Positions 54,078-64,000 of a stretch of DNA of 64,000 nucleotides are shown here, in pieces; position 1 is the first letter of the stretch; every line of letters begins with the position of its first letter. Under the pieces are notes generated by a model. The model was not told the DNA's origin. It did not search any database and saw nothing but the letters and a program-made list of their open reading frames with translations. The position numbers and the translations under genes are program-made. This DNA is from Bacilli bacterium (GTDB lineage: Bacteria; Bacillota_I; Bacilli_A; RFN20; CAG-826), in the NCBI GenBank assembly GCA_041652475.1, contig JBAZHG010000003.1:4656-68655 (forward strand), in the 5' to 3' direction.

Positions 54078-54937
54078 GGCTTTGCCTTTTGGCCAACCAC
54101 GTCGATGAAGATTTGCTCCATGCTCATTTCGTCGCTGTGGATGGTGACCAGCGTATGATTCTTAATGATGTCGAGGAAAGACGGATTGGTGCCTAGGTTT
54201 TCCAAAGGAAAGAGGGCTTGATTGGCGGTTGGGCCGACCATGTATTCAATCCGCACCTGGGGTTTGCCGTACTTTAGTTTCAAAGCCTTGGGACTGGATA
54301 TCTCCAGAACCTTGCCGTTGGCGATGAAAGCCACCTGGTCGCACAACTGTTCGACGTCACCCATCAAATGGGTGGAGATGAAGATGGTCTTGCCGGCGGC
54401 TTTCTGCTCCAAAATAATGTCCTTGATGATGCGGGCATTCGTGGGATCGAGCCCATTGGTCGGTTCGTCCAAGAAAATCACTTTAGGATCGTTCAGCAGC
54501 GCCCGGACGAAATTCAAGCGGGCTTTCATGCCTTTGGAGTATTGGCCCACCTGTTGATGTTTGGCTTCGCCCAGGCCGACGCGGACCAATAAGGCTTCAT
54601 AATCGATTTTTCGGCCATAGAGATTGGCGAAGAATGAGAGATTCTCCATCGCCGTCAGTTTGTTGAAATGAACCGGCATCTCGAATCCGACGCCGATGTC
54701 TTCGTAAAACGATTTGTTGAATTTTTTGAGATCTTTGCCGAAATAGGTTATTTCACCCTCGTAATCGGACAAGAGCTTCGACATCAATTTCTGGGTGGTC
54801 GATTTGCCGGCCCCGCTCGGTCCGAGCAAGCCGAAGATGGTTCCCGGGGCCACGTCGAAGGACACGTCCTGGAGTACTTCCGGGCGTTTCTTGCTGTAAC
54901 GGAAATTGATGTGTTTGAGGCTGAAAGCGTATTCCAT
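54074..54937 (-). CDS. ABC transporter ATP-binding protein
   Basis: GPSGAGKST, YSKGMKARL, IFLDEP. Confidence 0.9.
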   Translation of the reverse strand: MEYAFSLKHINFRYSKKRPEVLQDVSFDVAPGTIFGLLGPSGAGKSTTQKLMSKLLSDYEGEITYFGKDLKKFNKSFYEDIGVGFEMPVHFNKLTAMENLSFFANLYGRKIDYEALLVRVGLGEAKHQQVGQYSKGMKARLNFVRALLNDPKVIFLDEPTNGLDPTNARIIKDIILEQKAAGKTIFISTHLMGDVEQLCDQVAFIANGKVLEISSPKALKLKYGKPQVRIEYMVGPTANQALFPLENLGTNPSFLDIIKNHTLVTIHSDEMSMEQIFIDVVGQKAKP

Positions 54938-55068
54938 AAAAGGGGGTCTCCATTAAAAAATAGCTTCGTCGTGATGGTCAACTAAGACAAAGTCGACCTT
55001 TTCTTATGCAGAAGTCACGCCGTTCGCATAAAATAATTATATTACATCTCGCATAAAAGGAGAAATCC

Positions 55069-56172
55069 ATGGGTTTTTTTAGAAAAAGAATCTTACGTCC
55101 GTTAATTACCATCGCCGTGATTGCCGCCCCAATCGTCTTATTCGCCAAGGGTGGCTTCAGCTTCACGTTCGGGACGAGCGATGATAACTACTCGTATGTC
55201 CTCCGGGACGGGGTCGAAAATGGTGCCGCCCGCGTGGTTGACATCGCCATGCTCGGGGCCCACGACGCTTTCAGCCATTTAATCAAAACCGATTCGCCGG
55301 TCGATCCGGGCGAAGCCGAAGACTCCTTGCTTCGAAACGAGACGCTCGGAAAATTCGCCGACGGGGTGTTCGTCCGTCTGGCCCGGGCCCAGAAAAGCGG
55401 GGCCGAGGCTTTGTTGTCCGCCGGTGTTCGTTACTTCGACGTCCGGCTCAGCTACTATGAAAACGATTGGTACATCAAGCATGGCCTCATCTCGGGGCAA
55501 TTATCGCTTTACCTCGATGAAATGATCCCGTTCTTGAAGGAAAATCCTGGCGAGTTCATCGTCTTCGACCTGCAACACGTCTATTTCACCGACGCCGTCA
55601 GTTATGACGATTTGTTCACCTATCTCGAGACCTATGAAGTCGATGGAACGAGTCTCCTTGACTTCATCCATTACAATCCCTTGGCCGTGGCGTTGGGCGA
55701 TTTGACCTATGACCAGGTAACCGCGTCCGGAACCGAAGCCGGACTGGTGGTGTTGGCCAAAGCCGACGCCGACGCTAGTCTGCCTTATCACTACGAACGG
55801 GGTAACGGCGACACCGCGGTCATCAACATCCGGAGCCTCTGGCACGAAACCTCGGACACCGCAACCCTTTTGACCGGCATCCGGGCTGAATACGATTACC
55901 TGGAAAGCACCGTTATCTTTGATGATATCTTCCGGGTGAACCAAGCCCAGAAGACCGGAGCTTTGGGCGGGAGCGATCTCTGGGACACCATTTTCGGCTG
56001 GTCGCTTCTGGACATGGCCAACAATTCCAACGATAAGTTGGTCCATGAATCCGATTTCTCGACTTGGCTCGAGGAAATGCCGATTTTCATGGTCGATTTC
56101 GCCAATTCCGCCAAAGGCGATTTCAACCAACTGGCCAACGAAGCCATAATCGCTTATAATCAATCGCTGTGA
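55069..56172 (+). CDS. PI-PLC X-domain-like phosphodiesterase, signal-anchored
   Basis: N-terminal TM, then MLGAHDAFSH and VRYFDVRLS motifs. AAAGGAG upstream. Confidence 0.6.
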   Translation: MGFFRKRILRPLITIAVIAAPIVLFAKGGFSFTFGTSDDNYSYVLRDGVENGAARVVDIAMLGAHDAFSHLIKTDSPVDPGEAEDSLLRNETLGKFADGVFVRLARAQKSGAEALLSAGVRYFDVRLSYYENDWYIKHGLISGQLSLYLDEMIPFLKENPGEFIVFDLQHVYFTDAVSYDDLFTYLETYEVDGTSLLDFIHYNPLAVALGDLTYDQVTASGTEAGLVVLAKADADASLPYHYERGNGDTAVINIRSLWHETSDTATLLTGIRAEYDYLESTVIFDDIFRVNQAQKTGALGGSDLWDTIFGWSLLDMANNSNDKLVHESDFSTWLEEMPIFMVDFANSAKGDFNQLANEAIIAYNQSL

Positions 56173-56176
56173 CCGT

Positions 56177-57127
56177 ATGAAACAAGAAACTCGCCGCCCA
56201 ACTAAACGCGATCCCTACTCCCAAGAGTTCCGCGTCAAAAAAACCAGTGGACTATTGGAATTTTTGCTTGAAAACATGACCGGGGTATCGCGGAACAACG
56301 TCAAGGGATTGCTCAAACGGCGGCAAGTGGCCGTCGACGGGGCCCCGGTGGCCCAGTTCGATTTCGAGGTGGTCCCCGGCGACATCGTGATGATCGGCAA
56401 GGAGCGCCTAGAGCGAAGATCAACGCGGCCGACCATCGACATCATCTATGAAGACGAAGAGATGATTGCTATCAACAAACCCCATGGCTTACTATCAATC
56501 GCCAGCGACAAGGAAAAAGAAGCGACGGCCTACCGGCAGGTGACTGCCCATGTCCGAACCACCGATCCGAAAGCCCGCGTTTTCGTGGTCCACCGGATCG
56601 ACCAGGATACTTCCGGCGTGCTCCTATTCGTCAAGAACAACCGCTTGCGCGACCTGTGGCAAGACCAATGGAACGACCTCGTTACCAAGCGAGGTTACTA
56701 CGCGGTCGTAGTCGGGCAACCATCCAGTGATAAAGACACGCTTCGGCACTACTTGAAGGAGACGACCACCCACATGATGTATGTCTCCGATCGGCCGGGC
56801 GACGGTCAGTTGGCGGTCACCCATTATCAGGTGATGAAAACTAACAGTCAGTATTCCTTATTGGACGTGACCATCGATTCGGGCCGCAAAAACCAAATCC
56901 GGGTCCAGCTGCGCCATATCGGCCATCCCATCGTCGGCGACGACAAATACGACACGCTGCTCAATCCGATCGACCGGCTCGGTTTGCATGCCTACCATTT
57001 GAGCCTCAAACATCCGGAAACGGGTCGTCTCTATGAGTTCAAAGCCACGATGCCGCCTTCTTTTACCAACTTATTCAAGAACAAAACCGCTTCAAAACCG
57101 GCCCCAAACAACAAAAGGAAACCGTGA
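56177..57127 (+). CDS. rluD: RluA-family 23S rRNA pseudouridine synthase with an S4 domain
   Basis: HRIDQDTSGVLLF catalytic motif and an S4-like N-terminus. Confidence 0.85.
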   Translation: MKQETRRPTKRDPYSQEFRVKKTSGLLEFLLENMTGVSRNNVKGLLKRRQVAVDGAPVAQFDFEVVPGDIVMIGKERLERRSTRPTIDIIYEDEEMIAINKPHGLLSIASDKEKEATAYRQVTAHVRTTDPKARVFVVHRIDQDTSGVLLFVKNNRLRDLWQDQWNDLVTKRGYYAVVVGQPSSDKDTLRHYLKETTTHMMYVSDRPGDGQLAVTHYQVMKTNSQYSLLDVTIDSGRKNQIRVQLRHIGHPIVGDDKYDTLLNPIDRLGLHAYHLSLKHPETGRLYEFKATMPPSFTNLFKNKTASKPAPNNKRKP

Positions 57128-57192
57128 AGCACATTTGCGCATAGGCAAGCCCGCGCCTTGTGGCTATAATTGATTATGCGATATTTTTACCG

Positions 57193-60100
57193 ATGAACCA
57201 GACCATGAATAAAATTAAAACCGCCTTTCAAAAAGGCTTTTGCGCCCTCAAGGTTTTTTTCATAACCCGCTATCAAAGGTTCGTGATTAACCTCAAAAAC
57301 CCGGACAGCATGTTGCGCTACGTCCTGTATCTGATCATGGTCGGGGTCCTTTTCTATGGCGTGGCGCTCGTCAGCAATGCCTTCACGATTCCCCTTAGTG
57401 GCGATTACGTGATGCAGCAAATCCCGTTTTACTATAACGGCTACGACGATTGGTGGCATTTCTTCAAAACGGGCGAGTTCGTCTTGTGGGACAGCTCGAC
57501 CTATCTCGGGTCGAGCAACATCGGCAGCAACTCGTTTTATTACTACATGAATCCGTTCTTCCTGCCGATTTTGATTTTCCCCCGTGTTTTAGTTCCCCAA
57601 GGATTGGCCGTGTTGATGATCGGCAAGATGGTCGGGGCCGGCCTCGTGATGCGCGTTTACTTGAAGTATTTCGGCTTGAGCGAGAAAACCGCCCGGTTGT
57701 TTGGCCTCGTCTACGCCTATTGCGGCTGGATCACCTATTACCTGTGGTTCAACCACTTCATGGAAGTGGCCATCGTCTTCCCGCTGATCATGCTCGGGAT
57801 CGAAAAGCTTCTCAAGGAGAAGCGACCCTGGCTTTTGTCGTTCGCCATTTTCCTGATGGGAATCACCAATTACTTTTTCCTAGTATCAAGCGCCATCGCC
57901 GGGGTCATGTACGCGCTGTTCCGCTATTTCCAATTGGCGCCCAAGAAAAACTGGGAAGACCGTTTCCAGATCGCGGCCTTCGGGCTTCTGTCGTTTGCCG
58001 TTGGCATCGTAATGTCGGCTTTGGTCTTTTGGCCTTCGATTGTCGTCGCCACGACGAGCAATCGCGTCAGCGAGGCTTTTTACCTCGCGCAACTCAAGAT
58101 TTACTGGGACGCCAAGGACTGGACCAAATTGCTGGACTATGTCCTTATTTGGCATAACCGCTATGGCTCGGAAACGCCGTACGACAAGTTCTACCCGCTC
58201 ATTTCGTTCTTGTTCCCGACCGTCAGCGATCGGTCCTCGACGTTGCTGCGGACCAGCAGCTACGACAACACGATCTCAAGCTTGTTTGTCTACACCCCGA
58301 TCATGCTGCTTTTGATTCCCTCGCTGTTACGGTCGATCCGTCGAAGAAAATTCGGCCACCTGCTACCGGTGGTTTTCTTCCTGTTCGCGTTGTTTACGCC
58401 CTTTTTCTATAACCTATTTCATGGATTCACCATCGATTACGGCCGTTGGCAGATCTTCGTGGTCGTGTCGATGATTGCTTATATCGCCATCAATTACGAA
58501 CATCGCGAACAGTTCCGGCGTTGGTATTACGACGTCTCCTTCGTGATCATCTTGGGCTTGGCTGCCTATACTTTCTATGAGGCGAGCCAGTACCAAAACC
58601 AATATAATTTCACGGAACTGGAAGAACGTTTCTACGTCGGCATCTATCAGCTGGCGGTCATCGTTGCCGCCTACGTCGTGACGCGAATCCACGCCCGGAG
58701 GCAACTATTCACCCGGTACGTGACTTGGTTCGTTACCCTAGAAGCCATCGTCATGGGGGCGATGACCATGTCGATGCACGGCCTCAATTTTTACGTCACC
58801 GATTACGATAACGGGCTGAAGACCGTTTCCGACGAACGAGCCATCGTCAAGAAGATCCAAGCCGACGACAAGGATTTCTTCCGCGTCTACAACCTGAACG
58901 CCGGAGAATCGAGCAACATCGCCATGAAGCTCGGTTATAACGGGCTGACGGCTTTCCATTCGCTTTATAATTTCTACCTCATGGAATTCAACGAGTGGTC
59001 GCACATGAACTACAACCACAACGGCTGGTCGATGGGCTATCACGAAAAACGTTATAACCTTGACCTTTTCCTAAACGTCAAATACTACATCATGCGCAAC
59101 ATTTACGATTCCTACAACAGCGTCGTCGACGGAGAAGGCGTGCGCCATTACCTTTATCAAAACGTCCCCTTCGGCTTTGAGGAGGTACCCGATTACAACA
59201 CCGAGCTGCACACGGTTTACCGCAATGGCAACTTCATCGAGGGCGGATTCAGTTACGACAACATCATTTATACCGGCTACGACGAGAACAATGGGTACTC
59301 CGATTTCTATTCGAACACCTTCAACGAGGTGCTCCGGAACGAAGAAGCCTACCTGAAAGGCGGCATCCTGCGCGACGATGACGCCGCTGAAGTCGTGGAG
59401 GAAGCCCCGAACCTGACTTTGGGGCCGATCCCGGCCCGCGATATGGATTACGCCAGCGCTAAAGTCAAATTGGTGACTTGCCCGGCCGACATATACTTCG
59501 ACCCCTACCGCGATGATGACCTTGACGACTGCACCGTGAAAACCTTCACCCCGAACGCGACGGTGACTGGATTCACGGCCCACAAGTCGGCCATCTACGT
59601 CGAACCGCTGATCGGCACCCACTTTGGGAATGGGGTCGACGACTATTTCTTCGCCTTGACGCTGGCCTTGAGCCAGCATGCGACCGTGTACTTGTTCAAC
59701 GAAGAGAACGAAATCATCGTTCGGGACGCCCATTCTTTCGTCAACGGTTCCTTTAAGTTCATACGCGGGTATTACGCCGACGAACCGGTAGCCCGCATCG
59801 TCATCATCCCGAAGTCGGGCAACCCCTTGACCTCGACCCTTTACTATCCCACCTTGTACATGGAACCTTACGCCGATTATCTGACCCGTCATCAAACCTT
59901 GAGCGAATACCCACTGGAGGATTTCGCCCACACGGCCAACACCCAGACCTTCACGACCGATTACGAAAATCGGCGTTTCATCGTCTTGTCGACCCCCTAC
60001 GATCCCGGCTGGTCGGTGAAAGCCACCCAAGCCGACGGGACGATTACCCGTCCGACCGTTTACAAAGCCCAAGGCGGTTTCGTCGGATTCCTGTCGGAAC

Positions 60101-60282
60101 AAGGGCCGACCACCTACAAAGTGTCGTACATGACTCCGTACCTCCCCGAAGGGCTCTTGGCATCGCTAGCTGGATTCGCCCTGTTCGGAGGTTCGTGGGC
60201 CGCCGTCTATTTGATTCAGAAAAAAAAGAAAAACCGGGGCGAACCCGGTGAAATCGATCCTGAAAAACCCGCCGCCGACTAG
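57193..60282 (+). CDS. yfhO: YfhO-family membrane glycosyltransferase-like protein
   Basis: About 1030 aa. The N-terminal multi-TM region, large extracytoplasmic domain and single C-terminal TM match YfhO architecture. The start is uncertain (57160 GTG, 57193 ATG or 57205 ATG). Confidence 0.7.
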   Translation: MNQTMNKIKTAFQKGFCALKVFFITRYQRFVINLKNPDSMLRYVLYLIMVGVLFYGVALVSNAFTIPLSGDYVMQQIPFYYNGYDDWWHFFKTGEFVLWDSSTYLGSSNIGSNSFYYYMNPFFLPILIFPRVLVPQGLAVLMIGKMVGAGLVMRVYLKYFGLSEKTARLFGLVYAYCGWITYYLWFNHFMEVAIVFPLIMLGIEKLLKEKRPWLLSFAIFLMGITNYFFLVSSAIAGVMYALFRYFQLAPKKNWEDRFQIAAFGLLSFAVGIVMSALVFWPSIVVATTSNRVSEAFYLAQLKIYWDAKDWTKLLDYVLIWHNRYGSETPYDKFYPLISFLFPTVSDRSSTLLRTSSYDNTISSLFVYTPIMLLLIPSLLRSIRRRKFGHLLPVVFFLFALFTPFFYNLFHGFTIDYGRWQIFVVVSMIAYIAINYEHREQFRRWYYDVSFVIILGLAAYTFYEASQYQNQYNFTELEERFYVGIYQLAVIVAAYVVTRIHARRQLFTRYVTWFVTLEAIVMGAMTMSMHGLNFYVTDYDNGLKTVSDERAIVKKIQADDKDFFRVYNLNAGESSNIAMKLGYNGLTAFHSLYNFYLMEFNEWSHMNYNHNGWSMGYHEKRYNLDLFLNVKYYIMRNIYDSYNSVVDGEGVRHYLYQNVPFGFEEVPDYNTELHTVYRNGNFIEGGFSYDNIIYTGYDENNGYSDFYSNTFNEVLRNEEAYLKGGILRDDDAAEVVEEAPNLTLGPIPARDMDYASAKVKLVTCPADIYFDPYRDDDLDDCTVKTFTPNATVTGFTAHKSAIYVEPLIGTHFGNGVDDYFFALTLALSQHATVYLFNEENEIIVRDAHSFVNGSFKFIRGYYADEPVARIVIIPKSGNPLTSTLYYPTLYMEPYADYLTRHQTLSEYPLEDFAHTANTQTFTTDYENRRFIVLSTPYDPGWSVKATQADGTITRPTVYKAQGGFVGFLSEQGPTTYKVSYMTPYLPEGLLASLAGFALFGGSWAAVYLIQKKKKNRGEPGEIDPEKPAAD

Positions 60283-61130
60283 TTGCGGTGAATCAATTTG
60301 TAAATGTAGTTTTTGCTGACCTTCAAAACGCCGGTCGCCTGTTTGATGGCGTCTTTGGTCGAAATTCCGACATCGGTCAACGATTTGATGAAGGCCATGA
60401 TTTCATCGTCCCCGATTTTAGTTTGCAGTTCATCGGCGTTTCCGGCGATGACGACGGCCATTTCCCCTTTGAGCGTCTCGGGGTCGAGGTCGGCGAGTTC
60501 GTTCAGGGTCCCGTAGATGTATTCTTCGAATTTCTTGGTCAACTCCCGGGCGATGCAGGCCTCGCGGTTGCCAAAAACATCTTTCATCGCTTTGAGGGTC
60601 GTGCCGATGCGATGGGGCGCTTCGTAAAAGATCAAGGTCTCGGGCCGATGGTAGAGGGCGGTCAATTCCGATTTGCGGGCGTTGGCCTTGGTCGGAAGGA
60701 AACCGTGGAAATAAAACCTCGAGGCGTCAAGCCCGGAACCGACGAGGGCGTTCAAGATGGCGCTTGGGCCCGAGATGACGCTGACTTTGATGTCCGATTG
60801 GAGCGCAAAGGCAACCAGTCGGCGGCCGGGATCGGAAATGCCCGGGTAACCGGCGTCGGACACGTAAGCGACTTTCTTTTGGTCGCGCAGCATTTCGATC
60901 AGCTCGTTAGCGGCCAGTACTTCGTTATGTTCGTGACAGGCGAATAGCGGCTTATGAATCTCGAAATGTTTCAAAAGCAGCCCGCTGACACGGGTGTCTT
61001 CGCAGGCGATGATGTCGACTTCCCGGAGCACGCTCAAAGCCCGGGGGCTCATTTCCGAGAGATTGCCAATCGGGGTGGCGACGAGATATAACCGGGCTTC
61101 GGGACGATCGAAGCTGCGATGGCGTTTCAT
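60279..61130 (-). CDS. rsmI: 16S rRNA (cytidine1402-2'-O)-methyltransferase
   Basis: LYLVATPIGNLSEMSPRAL...IACEDTR. Confidence 0.9.
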   Translation of the reverse strand: MKRHRSFDRPEARLYLVATPIGNLSEMSPRALSVLREVDIIACEDTRVSGLLLKHFEIHKPLFACHEHNEVLAANELIEMLRDQKKVAYVSDAGYPGISDPGRRLVAFALQSDIKVSVISGPSAILNALVGSGLDASRFYFHGFLPTKANARKSELTALYHRPETLIFYEAPHRIGTTLKAMKDVFGNREACIARELTKKFEEYIYGTLNELADLDPETLKGEMAVVIAGNADELQTKIGDDEIMAFIKSLTDVGISTKDAIKQATGVLKVSKNYIYKLIHRN

Positions 61131-61990
61131 TTTTGATAGTGCGGTTCGGCCGATACCTTCGGCAGCTTGTTGACGTCTTCGAGTGGCAAAAAGTGGACCG
61201 CGTTCATGTTTTCGATTTTAATCATGCGCGTCAAGACGTTCATCGAGGTGATGCGGAAGGTCTCGCCTTCGTAAGTGACCCGTTGGCCGACTTTCGGGAA
61301 GGCTTCCTTCAGTTCCGTGTAGGCATCGTCTTCGTATTTGAGGCAGCAAATCAGTTTGCCGCAGTGGCCGGACAGTTTCGGGATATTAAGGGTCAAAAGT
61401 TGGTTTTTGGCCCGATTGATCGAGATGTTGTCGAATTCGTTCAAGAAGGTGGCGCAGCATAGGGGCAAACCGCAGATGCCGATGCCGCCGATCATCTTGG
61501 CTTTGTCGCGGCTGCCAATTTGGCGGAGGTCGATCCGGGTGTGAAAATGGCCAGCCAAAATCTTTAGCAATTCACGGAAATCGACCCGTTCGTCGGCCAA
61601 ATACGAGAAGATGAGCTTGCTGCGGTCCAAGGTATACTCGGCCGAGACGAGGTTCATGCCCAGGTTCAAACTGGCGATTTGCTCGCTGCAATACTTGTGG
61701 GCGTAATGGCCCAGCTCGCGGTTTTCGTCGAAGGCGGCGACATCGCTCGGGCTGGCCACGCGCAAAATCGGTTTCAGGCTCAGGCTGCTTTGATACTTGT
61801 TGAGGGGAACCGGCAACATCGAGACATAGCCAAGTTCCAAGCCCCGCACCGTTTCCACGATGACCGGGGTGTTCATCTCCAAATGGGATTCGACCGTTTC
61901 GAAATAATAGGATTTTCCGGTATCCGAGAAACGGATGCCGACGAAGTAACCGGGCATGCCCGATTCAAGGGTTTGTTCATAGGTCGTCAT
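61127..61990 (-). CDS. ricT: PSP1-domain protein RicT/YaaT
   Basis: PSP1 pattern with a Cys cluster GICGLPLCC...GHCGKLICCL. Conserved position between holB and rsmI. Confidence 0.85.
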   Translation of the reverse strand: MTTYEQTLESGMPGYFVGIRFSDTGKSYYFETVESHLEMNTPVIVETVRGLELGYVSMLPVPLNKYQSSLSLKPILRVASPSDVAAFDENRELGHYAHKYCSEQIASLNLGMNLVSAEYTLDRSKLIFSYLADERVDFRELLKILAGHFHTRIDLRQIGSRDKAKMIGGIGICGLPLCCATFLNEFDNISINRAKNQLLTLNIPKLSGHCGKLICCLKYEDDAYTELKEAFPKVGQRVTYEGETFRITSMNVLTRMIKIENMNAVHFLPLEDVNKLPKVSAEPHYQK

Positions 61991-62972
61991 GGATATACTC
62001 CTTCAGTATGCGGATGAATATATGGTCGAGCAACAGCGCGGGGTTGACGTTTAATTCGATTTGGCCCCGGGCCAGCAATACCTCCAGCAAGGCCGCTTCG
62101 AGATGGGCGAAGCGCGCGGGGAGGGGCGTCATTATTTTACCATAACTGGACAGGAGCGGGGCTTGTCCGTTTTGGCGGGCGAGGATATCGGTCAAAAACA
62201 GGGCCAAGACGTCAATTAAGAATCTCAATGATTCTTTTTGGGAAAAGCGCTCGACGATGTCGTTCAAACATTGCACCCGCGCTTCGGCGTACGATTTCGG
62301 CAAGGTCTCGAAAAAAGTCAAAAGCGCGGTCAGGCTTTGGCGGTAATCGTCGGCTTGGCTCATCTCGCGCATCGCGTTGACGTCGTGATGGAAAAACGAC
62401 AGGATGTCGGCGTCGTGCGGGTCGATGCCCGAGGCAATCGCCTCGGCGACGATGTTTCGGCGGTCGGCGGGAAGGACCCGAAGCCTTTGACTCCGGGAAA
62501 TAATCGTTTCCAAGACCTTACTTTCGTTTTCGGTTGTCAGGAACGCATAGACTTCCTGATGGGGTTCTTCCAGAAATTTCAAGAGGGAATTGACGGCTTC
62601 CGGGGTCAGGTTCTCGACGAGATGAAGAATGTAAATCAAGCGCCCGGCCGGTTCCACCGGGGTTTTTTCAAACGAGGACTCGAGGTCTTGGATGTCGGTT
62701 TTTCTAATAGTGGCCGTCGCCCCATTGTAGACGATGATGTCGGCGTAATTGCCGTCTTCGACGCGCAGGCACGACCAGCAGGTCTCATCGGCGAAGGGAT
62801 GGGGATTCTCGCACACGAGCGATTTGGCAAGGTAGGTGGCGATTTCGAGAAGCGGGGTGCCCGGCTCCCCGGTCAACAAGTAGGCGTGGGAAAGGTGCCC
62901 ATGGCTCAAAGCGGCGGCAAACTGCCGCTTGAGCAAGGGTTGATGGTTGGCGAGATAAGCGGAAATGTTCAT
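61977..62972 (-). CDS. holB: DNA polymerase III subunit delta'
   Basis: LSHAYLLTGEPGT..., a Zn-module-like C..C, and synteny with tmk. Confidence 0.85.
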   Translation of the reverse strand: MNISAYLANHQPLLKRQFAAALSHGHLSHAYLLTGEPGTPLLEIATYLAKSLVCENPHPFADETCWSCLRVEDGNYADIIVYNGATATIRKTDIQDLESSFEKTPVEPAGRLIYILHLVENLTPEAVNSLLKFLEEPHQEVYAFLTTENESKVLETIISRSQRLRVLPADRRNIVAEAIASGIDPHDADILSFFHHDVNAMREMSQADDYRQSLTALLTFFETLPKSYAEARVQCLNDIVERFSQKESLRFLIDVLALFLTDILARQNGQAPLLSSYGKIMTPLPARFAHLEAALLEVLLARGQIELNVNPALLLDHIFIRILKEYIHDDL

Positions 62973-63592
62973 CGCGCGATGAGGGCTTTTCGGATGATCG
63001 ACTCGGCTTGGGCCACCACCTCGTCGAAGGAAAGCGAAGCGTCGATGACGACGTAGCGGTCGGCGTATTTGCGGGCCAACTTCAAAAAGGCGCGCCGCAC
63101 CTTGCGGTGAAAGGAGAGGGCTTCAAGGTCGAGCCGGTTGACTTCACGGTTGGCCGTTTTATTGATGCGCGACAATCCGATTTTCGGATCGATGTCGAAC
63201 AAAAGGGTCATATCGGGATAAAAGGCTTCGGTGGCGAACAGGTTGACCTTCAGGACCGGGTTGACGCCCAAGGCCCGAGCGCCGCCTTGATAGGCCAACG
63301 ACGAATCGAGAAAACGGTCGCAGATGACGATTTGTCCTGCTTTTAAGGCCGGCCACACCTTTTCGACCAAGTGTTGGCGCCGACTGGCGGCATATAGAAG
63401 GGCCTCGGCCCGAGGATCGAGGTTGGTATTCGCTTTGTCGAGGATGATGTCACGGATTTTCTCGGCAATCGGTGTGCCGCCGGGTTCCCGGGTGCGCACG
63501 ATCGGATAGCCCTCGGCTAACAGGCGGGAACAAACGAGGTTCATGACGCTCGTTTTGCCGCTGCCTTCGGGTCCTTCGATGGTGATGAACAT
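62969..63592 (-). CDS. tmk: Thymidylate kinase
   Basis: MFITIEGPEGSGKTS P-loop, and DRF..S motif. Confidence 0.93.
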   Translation of the reverse strand: MFITIEGPEGSGKTSVMNLVCSRLLAEGYPIVRTREPGGTPIAEKIRDIILDKANTNLDPRAEALLYAASRRQHLVEKVWPALKAGQIVICDRFLDSSLAYQGGARALGVNPVLKVNLFATEAFYPDMTLLFDIDPKIGLSRINKTANREVNRLDLEALSFHRKVRRAFLKLARKYADRYVVIDASLSFDEVVAQAESIIRKALIAR

Positions 63593-63593
63593 A

Positions 63594-64000
63594 CTATTCC
63601 CCTTTCAATTTGGTGCGATTGGCCAAGGCCTTCGCCAAAGTGAGGCTGTCGGCATAATCGAGATGGCCTCCCATCGGGAGGCCATAGGCCAATCGGGTGA
63701 CTTTGACGGGGCGGTTTTCCAGCAATTTGGTGATGAACAAAGCGGTCGTTTCCCCTTCGATGGTGGGATTGGTAGCCAAGACGACTTCTTTGACGTGTTC
63801 GGTTTCAATCCGCTTAAGAAGGCCGTCGATCGACAGATCGTCGATGCCGATGCCCTTGACGGCTGAGAGAACCCCGCCCAAGACATGGTAGACGAACCGG
63901 CTTCCTTCGATCCGCTCGAAGGCGTAAACGTCTTTGACGTAGCTCGTGACCACCAAGGTGTCGTGGCTTCGATCCTTGTCGGAGCAAATTTCGCAGGTTT
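63594..64000 (-). CDS. recR: Recombination protein RecR (N-terminus beyond the window)
   Basis: Toprim region VKEVVLATNPTIEGETTA and C-terminus RLAYGLPMGG.LDYAD. The ORF continues to the window edge. Confidence 0.88.
   Translation of the reverse strand, partial: TCEICSDKDRSHDTLVVTSYVKDVYAFERIEGSRFVYHVLGGVLSAVKGIGIDDLSIDGLLKRIETEHVKEVVLATNPTIEGETTALFITKLLENRPVKVTRLAYGLPMGGHLDYADSLTLAKALANRTKLKGE

Noticed and set aside
54938-55068. TTATGC-N16-GCATAA inverted repeat between the ABC exporter and the PI-PLC-like gene
   Set aside because: The arms are short (6 bp) and widely spaced in an AT-rich region, so it could easily arise by chance.
59071-60102. 343-aa minus-strand ORF inside yfhO. Similar shadow ORFs occur at 49698-50528, 43252-44256, 13393-14079, 16863-17618, 38228-38818, 40321-40833 and 55501-56163.
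   Set aside because: All are antisense to confidently assigned genes, have Gly/Asp/Val/Arg-rich featureless translations, and lack an RBS. I treat them as non-coding.
1-64000. CRISPR arrays, IS elements or transposases, integrases, prophage genes, tRNA or rRNA genes
   Set aside because: Reading the intergenic regions (all under 400 bp) and the ORF translations, I found no regularly spaced repeats, no transposase or integrase motifs, and no tRNA-like or rRNA-like sequence. The fibre locus shows no obvious flanking direct repeats, but I could not search exhaustively by eye.
1-64000. Mollicute-style genetic code 4 (TGA = Trp)
   Set aside because: TGA terminates several well-delimited genes exactly where homologues end or where the next gene's SD and ATG follow (25428-25430, 4108-4110 and the ATGA overlaps). 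Conserved Trp positions use TGG.

Overview
This is a chromosomal window from a Bacillota-type genome. It uses the standard genetic code: TGA acts as a stop (e.g. 25428-25430) and Trp is TGG. A housekeeping block, rsmI-ricT-holB-tmk-recR, sits at the right end. Coding is dense and most of it is ordinary. In order it contains:
- leucine dehydrogenase (open at the left window edge)
- a serine-palmitoyltransferase-like oxoamine synthase coupled to an SDR
- csoR-copA-copZ with a perfect CsoR operator
- an ATP-grasp protein, an ArsB/NhaD-type permease and an ABC exporter
- nrdD-nrdG
- a ferritin-domain VIT1 iron transporter
- znuA-znuC-znuB-zur with a Zur box
- sodA, a tandem P-II protein plus DUF1538, and degV
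- a TetR-headed FAD-oxidase / FGGY-kinase / GlpA-like cluster
- a frameshifted Old Yellow Enzyme gene
- peroxiredoxin, an ABC-2 exporter, a PI-PLC-like protein, rluD and yfhO

I saw no rRNA, tRNA, CRISPR array or transposase.

The stand-out region is 24.37-40.25 kb. Two near-identical c-di-GMP-I (GEMM-I) riboswitch aptamers each sit behind a consensus TTGACA/TATAAT promoter. They head two operons that encode at least seven secreted or anchored proteins with TasA/camelysin-style SipW-cognate N-termini (motifs ...AWF... or ...AYL...). The locus also holds:
- a monocistronic candidate major subunit with its own promoter and strong terminator
- a SipW (ER/archaeal-type) signal peptidase
- a membrane-anchored McrB-family AAA+ protein with a nuclease-less McrC/DUF2357-like coiled-coil partner
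- an EAL phosphodiesterase with a degenerate GGDEF domain
- a divergent MTA/SAH-nucleosidase-like protein

I read this as a c-di-GMP-gated surface fibre/adhesin assembly locus of a type I do not recognise as described. All functional calls come from by-eye motif recognition, with no database search.
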